Of a DNA stretch of 23,116 nucleotides, positions 17,502-23,116 are shown one piece after another; the first letter of the stretch is position 1, and every line of letters begins with the position of its first letter. The notes beneath the pieces are model-generated. The model saw only the letters and a list, made by a program, of their open reading frames with translations. It was not told the DNA's origin and did no database searches. The DNA lies in assembly GCA_965649115.1 (NCBI GenBank), contig CBFGJN010000028.1:1-23116 (forward strand). Direction: 5' to 3'. This DNA is from a candidate division WOR-3 bacterium (GTDB lineage: Bacteria; Hydrothermota; Hydrothermia; LBFQ01; DSFT01). A program made the translations under genes and the position numbers.

Positions 17502-20500
17502 TTACCTAATGATAATTGTTTTAAATTCTTTCTTTATATTTTCAGTTTCTGCTCTAATAATGTAAACACCTTTTGGAAGTTTATTAAGGTCAAATCTAAC
17601 ATATCCAGCGGGATAATTTGAATTTATATTTATAACCGTTCTACCTGAAACACTATATACTTGAAGTTTAATTAATGATTGCTTTGGAAGAGCAAATGTT
17701 AATAAACCATTCTTATATATAATGTCAAATTTCTTTGGTATATCTGAAAGGATAGTTGCAACAATTGGAATAATTGTTGTGTCTGTTATTCTTACATTGT
17801 TAAATGTATCTGCAGATATAAAGTAAAACCAAAGTGTATCAGAAATCGTTAGAGGACTTACTGAGATATTATAAATAAGTGTATCACCCGAGGTTGAAAC
17901 GTGAGAAGATGATGTCCATGAAGTTAGTTTCGTTCTATAATAAATTGTATCATATTTCAATGGTGAAAAGTCCTTGAATAAGGCCTTAACTCCTGTATTT
18001 AATGTGCTTCCAGAGATATTAAAGTTAAATGTATCTGAATAAAGTTTCCTTGGAGCTCTTATATCGTAAATTGTGCTCGCATAAACATAAGGAGATTGAC
18101 CAGATGTATAAACTGCTTTAATTCTGTAATACTTAATATATTCACTATCTGCCTGTGCTCCAAAAGTATGGGTGTAATTTGTTGTATTTATATCATTTAT
18201 TGTAGCAATAACTGACCATAAAACATTATCTTGTGAATATTCAAGAACATAGCTTTGAAATGCTAAAATTTTGTTATTATTTTTCTTTAAGAAAGCAGGT
18301 GGATTCCAGGTTAATTTAGCACTATCTAAATCTCTATAAATAACTTGTAAGTTTGTAGGAGCATTTAAAACATCATATTCGTAAATAACTTTTGAAGTAT
18401 TTGATAAATTAGCAGGTCCATAAACACCATAGTTTAACTTGTGAGCAGTAAAATAAACTTCAAATGAATCTTTTTTATAAGAAGCAGGTTCATTTACAGG
18501 GATGTTTATATGGAAGAAATATCCATTAGAATTAGAAGAATCGTAAATTGCCAAAACTTTTGTAAATGAGCCAATACCATAAGGTCTATAATAACCATAA
18601 ACTCTTAAATCAGAAGAAGAGGTTATAGATGGGTCATTTACTCTTAAAATCGCTTTTAATGTGTCAGGTGTAATTCCATCAACAGCTAAATTATAAGAAT
18701 TATCATAAGCTTGAACCTCATTTAAACATGTTGAAACAGGATTGAAATTATGAATTCTTCTAATTAATGTATCTACCCTGCTTTGACCATTAGCATCGTA
18801 CGTTGATACATAATTTATAGCGAATGAACCAACTATTGAATAATATCCAAGACCATTATAAAATACAGAGGCAATTGATGGATTTGAAGGATAAGCTAAT
18901 GTGCTATCTCCGTTCTTTACATATAATGTAGCAACAGAAGTATTTTCATCACCAAGAGGATGAGGTCTTATATCATCTGGGAAAAGGTCATTTGTATATA
19001 TTTGATAATTCATATCTCCAAAAATGGGCTTTGAGGGAATTCCAAGAATTGTATCTGAAACATCAGAAGCACTTGTCCAATCATCAGAGACATATCTAAA
19101 ATGTAAATAATTTCTTGTAAGAATTGTATCTCTGTCAGTTGCTCCACTTCCATCATGAAAATATCCAAAGTCATTTCCAAACCAAACGATTGATTTTCTA
19201 TTTTGACATGTTCCAAGGTCTAAATAAGCTTTAATTTTATTTCTTTTATTAGCACTTGTAGAATTTTGATGCCAATAAATTCTATTCCAAAGTCTTAATG
19301 AATCAATCCATATCAAAGAATCAGGTGCAAGTAGTAAATCAGGTTGAACATCTATATTATTTCTATAAAAGGCACTTCTTATTCTTAGTTCATCAGTAAA
19401 TTCATATTTTTGAGCAAATCTATTGGTTGGCATTATGTTGTAAATGTACCAGTTGGATGTTGGTGCTCCATTTGGTATATAGGATGTTTTATTACTTGCA
19501 TCAGTACACTTTACATAGTAATTTCCTCTTAAACCTCTGTTAGTTTGAGTTATTATGTAAATAAATGTATCAGGATAAACATTTGGATTATTGTCAGTTA
19601 ATGTCATATTATATTCACTAAATGGACCACTTGGACTATTACCTTCCTGATTTGAATTGATAACATATCTATAACCAACTTGACAATTTAAGCCTGGTAG
19701 GTTATCAGGATCACTTGCTATAATTCTAATCGTATCAGGAATACCATTATAAAAGTGATAAACTGCTCCTTTTAATAAAGTTATTGTAGGTGGTAAATCG
19801 GGCGTATTGGCTCCATAAGAAACTACATCATCTATGTATAGTCTCCATTGATTAAGGGCTTTATATCTTATTGCTACATAAACTGTATCATTAACATTTC
19901 CTCCATCAGCCCTTAAATCATATGCTGTATAAATATAAGGTGTTCCCGTTGTTCCCGTTCTTGGATATTTCTTATCTATTAAAATACCAAAATTTATAAA
20001 GTCAGATGGAGTAGGTAAAGATGGCATATTATTCCATGTTAAGATATAAACTTCAAAAGAATCTACATAAGAAGTGCTGTAGGATTGATACCAGAATCCT
20101 ATTAAATTGGGTGAGATATAAATTTTTGGAGATGTTAAATATGCATAGCCAGTTGTTGTTCCTGTTTCAGTATAAGCATAACCTGCACATGCAGTAGTTG
20201 CTTCTGTAAATGGACAAGCAGTTGTTCTTCTTTGCCATCTTCTTGTAGTTGTAGCATTAGTTGTATCATATCCTGCACTTAAAAATATCGTGCTTGCAGT
20301 CCAGCTTTCAATTAAGAATACATATGAGCCATCAATGATTTTAAGCGAATCTACATTAAAGTAATCAGTAGTAGCATTAGCAGTTGATGTATTATCAAAA
20401 AATGCAAATCTTAAAAGTATAGTTGCAGGATATGAGTTAATGTAAGTATTAAGTGGTATTTGAACCAATTGAGCAGTTGTAGTTCCTGTTCCATTCCATT

Positions 20501-21011
20501 GCCATATTCTTATCCAAGTATTCCCATTATCAGTTGATATATATAAATTTAATGAATCATTAGGATTTATATTTGTTGTAGTTGATGTTCTATAATAGAA
20601 AGAAAGTGTTGGATTTGATAATGAAACATTTTGTAAAATAAGTCCAGGTGTTATAAGCCAGTCATTATTGGTGAGTGTTGAACTTTCCCATGCAACAGCA
20701 GCACAAGCAGGTGAAGTTCTACAATTTGATGTATATCTTACCCATGTCTGAGTCCCGCCATCTAAGTTATAAACTTGCCATCCAGTAGGTGGAAATGTTG
20801 TTCCTGTAAAGCTTTCATTTAGAGGACCTCCGAGCAAGTAGTTAGATGTTGGTTTTTTATATAGAATTTGATTATTGGGATTAGGATTAGCAGTTATATA
20901 TTTACTGTCCATTATTCTTTCACTTCTTAGAATACATTCTTGTCTTTTCTCATTATCAGCGATATTCACACACTCAGAGCTTATTTTAGTTATTAGAATC
21001 AGCTCCATCAT
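17502..21011 (-). CDS. Large secreted/surface protein: tandem cleaved-adhesin/MAM-like domains, FN3-like domain and T9SS type A-like C-terminal sorting domain
   Basis: ESF...FPPTGW...DWLITP...YISTDNGNTW and a second unit ending YVAIRY...LYIDDV. APTNL...LTWNPP...YYRIKAVY is FN3-like. The C-terminus is VYSVSGRTV...LPKGVYIIR...KTIIIR. T/N/S/Y-rich. SD AGGAGG at 21018-21023. Confidence 0.82.
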   Translation of the reverse strand: MMELILITKISSECVNIADNEKRQECILRSERIMDSKYITANPNPNNQILYKKPTSNYLLGGPLNESFTGTTFPPTGWQVYNLDGGTQTWVRYTSNCRTSPACAAVAWESSTLTNNDWLITPGLILQNVSLSNPTLSFYYRTSTTTNINPNDSLNLYISTDNGNTWIRIWQWNGTGTTTAQLVQIPLNTYINSYPATILLRFAFFDNTSTANATTDYFNVDSLKIIDGSYVFLIESWTASTIFLSAGYDTTNATTTRRWQRRTTACPFTEATTACAGYAYTETGTTTGYAYLTSPKIYISPNLIGFWYQSYSTSYVDSFEVYILTWNNMPSLPTPSDFINFGILIDKKYPRTGTTGTPYIYTAYDLRADGGNVNDTVYVAIRYKALNQWRLYIDDVVSYGANTPDLPPTITLLKGAVYHFYNGIPDTIRIIASDPDNLPGLNCQVGYRYVINSNQEGNSPSGPFSEYNMTLTDNNPNVYPDTFIYIITQTNRGLRGNYYVKCTDASNKTSYIPNGAPTSNWYIYNIMPTNRFAQKYEFTDELRIRSAFYRNNIDVQPDLLLAPDSLIWIDSLRLWNRIYWHQNSTSANKRNKIKAYLDLGTCQNRKSIVWFGNDFGYFHDGSGATDRDTILTRNYLHFRYVSDDWTSASDVSDTILGIPSKPIFGDMNYQIYTNDLFPDDIRPHPLGDENTSVATLYVKNGDSTLAYPSNPSIASVFYNGLGYYSIVGSFAINYVSTYDANGQSRVDTLIRRIHNFNPVSTCLNEVQAYDNSYNLAVDGITPDTLKAILRVNDPSITSSSDLRVYGYYRPYGIGSFTKVLAIYDSSNSNGYFFHINIPVNEPASYKKDSFEVYFTAHKLNYGVYGPANLSNTSKVIYEYDVLNAPTNLQVIYRDLDSAKLTWNPPAFLKKNNNKILAFQSYVLEYSQDNVLWSVIATINDINTTNYTHTFGAQADSEYIKYYRIKAVYTSGQSPYVYASTIYDIRAPRKLYSDTFNFNISGSTLNTGVKALFKDFSPLKYDTIYYRTKLTSWTSSSHVSTSGDTLIYNISVSPLTISDTLWFYFISADTFNNVRITDTTIIPIVATILSDIPKKFDIIYKNGLLTFALPKQSLIKLQVYSVSGRTVININSNYPAGYVRFDLNKLPKGVYIIRAETENIKKEFKTIIIR

Positions 21012-21013
21012 CT

Positions 21014-21466
21014 TTAACCTCCTTTTTCACCTTGTAGTTTATAAAAGCCCTCCTTATAACCTTCTGGAATATACCAATTTTTTAAGTTTTTAAATCCACA
21101 ACTTAAAAGCAATTTACCAATCCATGTTTCATTAGGTTCTTTATAAAGTAAAATTTTATACATATCAAAGTCATAATTTATCATAACATGACAATTGTTT
21201 GGCATTAATTCTAAGAAAGGTCTTATAAAATTCATAATAATTTCGTAGTTTTTAAAATTTTCATTATAGGCAATTTCAAGCCAAGGTCTATAATATTCTC
21301 TTCCAAAGAAAATTTTTCCATAAAGAAAAAACTCTTCAATAATCTGCTCATCTTTATATAATGAAAAAATGAAATTCCTTTCCTCTTTAAATCTACCTTT
21401 CTCAAACCTAACAAGTTTAATAAAATAATTTTTATATTTATAACCATCAAGCTTCCTAATATCCAT
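21014..21466 (-). CDS. DUF1122 family protein
   Basis: GRFKEE, KIFFGREYYRPWLE, GF...KNWYIPEG...EG...KLQGEK. Confidence 0.8.
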   Translation of the reverse strand: MDIRKLDGYKYKNYFIKLVRFEKGRFKEERNFIFSLYKDEQIIEEFFLYGKIFFGREYYRPWLEIAYNENFKNYEIIMNFIRPFLELMPNNCHVMINYDFDMYKILLYKEPNETWIGKLLLSCGFKNLKNWYIPEGYKEGFYKLQGEKGG

Positions 21467-21469
21467 TGT

Positions 21470-21757
21470 TTATTTTGATAGCTTACTTTTAATCTCTTGT
21501 CTTAATTTTAAATTTCTTCTATAATAATCACCAAGTCTATATGGCTTTGGAATAATAGGACCAGATGGAACATCAAAATCCTTATTAGATAATATATGAT
21601 CTCTATCTATAATCCAAAATTCAAGTACATCTCCTCTTCTTCCAAATGTTTCTTTTGCTAGGATGATAGCAGTCTCAATATCAGGAGCTTTCAAACTTGA
21701 TATATGAACCATAGAACCACCAACTTCTCTTCTTGCAAAGACCTCAAAAACTTTCAT
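21470..21757 (-). CDS. paaB: 1,2-phenylacetyl-CoA epoxidase subunit B
   Basis: FEVFAR...HISSLKAPD...AKETFGRR...W...KPYR; overlaps the paaA stop (ATGA). Confidence 0.85.
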   Translation of the reverse strand: MKVFEVFARREVGGSMVHISSLKAPDIETAIILAKETFGRRGDVLEFWIIDRDHILSNKDFDVPSGPIIPKPYRLGDYYRRNLKLRQEIKSKLSK

Positions 21758-22653
21758 GCCAATAAACTTCTAATAATCGAAGTTTTCTTAAAATAATGTT
21801 CTCTTAATAGTAATCTTGCTTTTGTTTTAGGACCATCATTATTTAAAATTCTTTTAAATTCTTCCCAGTGTAAATCACCTGTTATCCACTTTCCAGATTT
21901 TTCATCGTAATGTAAGTCAGGGTCAGGAATTTCAAGACCAATTTCTCTAATTAAAGGAACATATCTTTTTAGATATTCTTGTCTCATTTCATCATTGGTT
22001 TTTATTTTAATTCTCCATTTCATTGCTTGTTTGGTGTTAGGTGATTCTTCATCAGGAGGACCAAAGAAGTGCATTATTGGAAACCACCATCTATTTAATG
22101 CATCTTGAAGCATTTCCTTTTGTTTTTTAGTTCCACTTGCAAGTTCTAAAACCAATTCCTCACCATATTTTAAATGAACACTTTCTTCCCAACAAATTCT
22201 TTTCATAATTCTTGCATAAGGTCCATATGAACACTGAGTTAAAGCACCCTGAGTAACAAGTGCTGCCCCATCTACAAGCCAAGCAATAATAGCAACATCA
22301 GCCCAATTTTCAGCAGGATAATGAAAAACATTATGAAATTTTGCTTTACCTGATATTAATTCTTCAAGCATTTCTTCCCTACTAATGCCACTTAAATCTT
22401 CTGCAACTCTGTAAATCATTTGAGCATGTCCTACTTCATCTTGAACTTTTGAAACAAGTTGTAATTTTCTTTTTATGCTTGGTGCTTTCGGAATCCATTC
22501 ACCCTCTGGTAGTGCTCCCATCAATTCACTATTAGCATGCATTTTTATAAGCCTTATTAGTTGTTTCCTATATTCATCAGGCATCCAATCATCTGCTTCT
22601 ATAAATTCCCCTCTTTTTATTTTGTCTTCAAATTCTAAAAGTTTATCTTCCAT
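21754..22653 (-). CDS. paaA: 1,2-phenylacetyl-CoA epoxidase subunit A (di-iron)
   Basis: IEADDWMPDEYR, HANSE, KVQDEVGH, WLVDGAA, SYGPYAR, EESVH, QDALNRWW, FFGPPD. Confidence 0.95.
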   Translation of the reverse strand: MEDKLLEFEDKIKRGEFIEADDWMPDEYRKQLIRLIKMHANSELMGALPEGEWIPKAPSIKRKLQLVSKVQDEVGHAQMIYRVAEDLSGISREEMLEELISGKAKFHNVFHYPAENWADVAIIAWLVDGAALVTQGALTQCSYGPYARIMKRICWEESVHLKYGEELVLELASGTKKQKEMLQDALNRWWFPIMHFFGPPDEESPNTKQAMKWRIKIKTNDEMRQEYLKRYVPLIREIGLEIPDPDLHYDEKSGKWITGDLHWEEFKRILNNDGPKTKARLLLREHYFKKTSIIRSLLA

Positions 22654-22743
22654 AGTTTGAAAATTATAAAGGATGAATTAACAACTAATAAATACCCCAT
22701 TTTTTGCCAGTGAATAGCTTAACACTATTTATTGGACAAAAAA

Positions 22744-22863
22744 GTATCTATTTTTCTTTATTTTTCCCACCCACCCAAAAATTAAGCCTTCTGCCCCTCC
22801 ATTAGACCCCTAATAAAATCAATAATTTCAAAAAATTTTCATAAACATTTACTGGACAAAGCA
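22744..22863. mobile_element. Diverged MITE copy, inverted relative to 1071-1192
   Basis: 22755-22791 TTCTTTATTTTTCCCACCCACCCAAAAATTAAGCCTTC matches the reverse complement of 1141-1177. It ends in TIR TTACTGGACAAAGCA (22849-22863); the left TIR is eroded. A further TIR fragment lies at 22728-22740. Confidence 0.65.
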
Positions 22864-22872
22864 CAACTAATT

Positions 22873-22981
22873 TGCTTTGTCTAGTGATTAAGCCTTTCCG
22901 CTTATAAAACCCCCAATTTTTGCTTTGAGGGGCTTCGCCCCCCATAAAAACTATAATTTCATTAAGATACTAGACAAAGCA
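22873..22981. mobile_element. MITE (109 bp) with IS903-like TIRs
   Basis: Perfect 13-bp inverted repeat TGCTTTGTCTAGT / ACTAGACAAAGCA. Internal modules TTAAGCCTTTCCGCTTATAA and GGGGCTTCGCCCC are shared with the other copies. Confidence 0.8.
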
Positions 22982-22990
22982 AAAATCTCC

Positions 22991-23116
22991 TGCTTTGTCC
23001 AATAAATAATGTCAAGGGGGGTTTAGGGGTTAAGAATTTAGGATTTAAAATTTTGGAATGGGGAAGGTAAATTGGCAAGAATATAACAAGGAATTGGTAA
23101 GGAGGGGTGAAATATG
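22991..23116 (+). mobile_element. Left end of an IS5-family (IS903 group) insertion sequence, running off the window
   Basis: TGCTTTGTCCAATAAATA is 14/18 to the IS903 IR as I recall it (GGCTTTGTTGAATAAATC). A transposase-like N-terminus starts at 23058. Confidence 0.8.
23058..23116 (+). CDS. IS5-family (IS903 group) DDE transposase, 5' fragment
   Basis: Translates as MGKVNWQEYNKELVRRGEI, matching the NWxxYNxxLxxRG N-terminal signature of IS903-type transposases. TAAAAT lies 6 nt upstream. Only 19 codons are visible. Confidence 0.78.
   Translation, partial: MGKVNWQEYNKELVRRGEI

Noticed and set aside
1535..22660. Short ORFs inside or antisense to larger genes (1535, 1969, 4835, 5926, 8098, 9859, 11209, 15616, 17021, 19010, 20875, 21232, 22475)
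   Set aside because: Shadow or alternate-frame ORFs overlapping well-supported CDSs, with no motifs.
22851..23003. 13-9-13 inverted repeats as lox/dif-like recombinase sites or repressor operators
   Set aside because: The arms resemble the IS903 IR, also occur facing inward around 109-122 bp units, and one precedes a transposase start. No recombinase gene is in the window.
23100..23116. AGGAGG plus ATG at 23114 as the start of the next gene
   Set aside because: Better explained as the R-R-G-E-I codons of the transposase frame starting at 23058.

Overview
Very AT-rich, gene-dense bacterial chromosome segment; gene content (DUF1122, DUF3782-type nuclease, a protein with a T9SS-like C-terminal domain) suggests a thermophile, possibly candidate phylum WOR-3, which is inference only. 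Left to right: a CRISPR leader and 5-repeat array with no cas genes in the window; pdxH, a Dph6-like ATPase and a hypothetical gene; a minus-strand run metG, peptidase C26, hypothetical, queG; a PaaG-like crotonase and DUF354; a minus-strand run amidinotransferase, SPFH, dut, RNase R; creatininase family and PSP1/RicT; a minus-strand run paaA, paaB, DUF1122, a 1169-aa adhesin-like protein, a frameshifted DUF3782-type nuclease, a GAF/fRMsr protein and a hypothetical gene. At the right edge is the left end of an IS5-family (IS903-group) element whose transposase start is missing from the ORF track. The most notable unannotated structure is a family of about 110-120 bp MITEs sharing that element's terminal inverted repeat. 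They occupy the large intergenic regions and are stacked end to end with 9 bp between ends. In addition, first genes of transcription units have a TAAAAT/TATAAT box 6-10 nt before the start codon, suggesting leaderless mRNAs.
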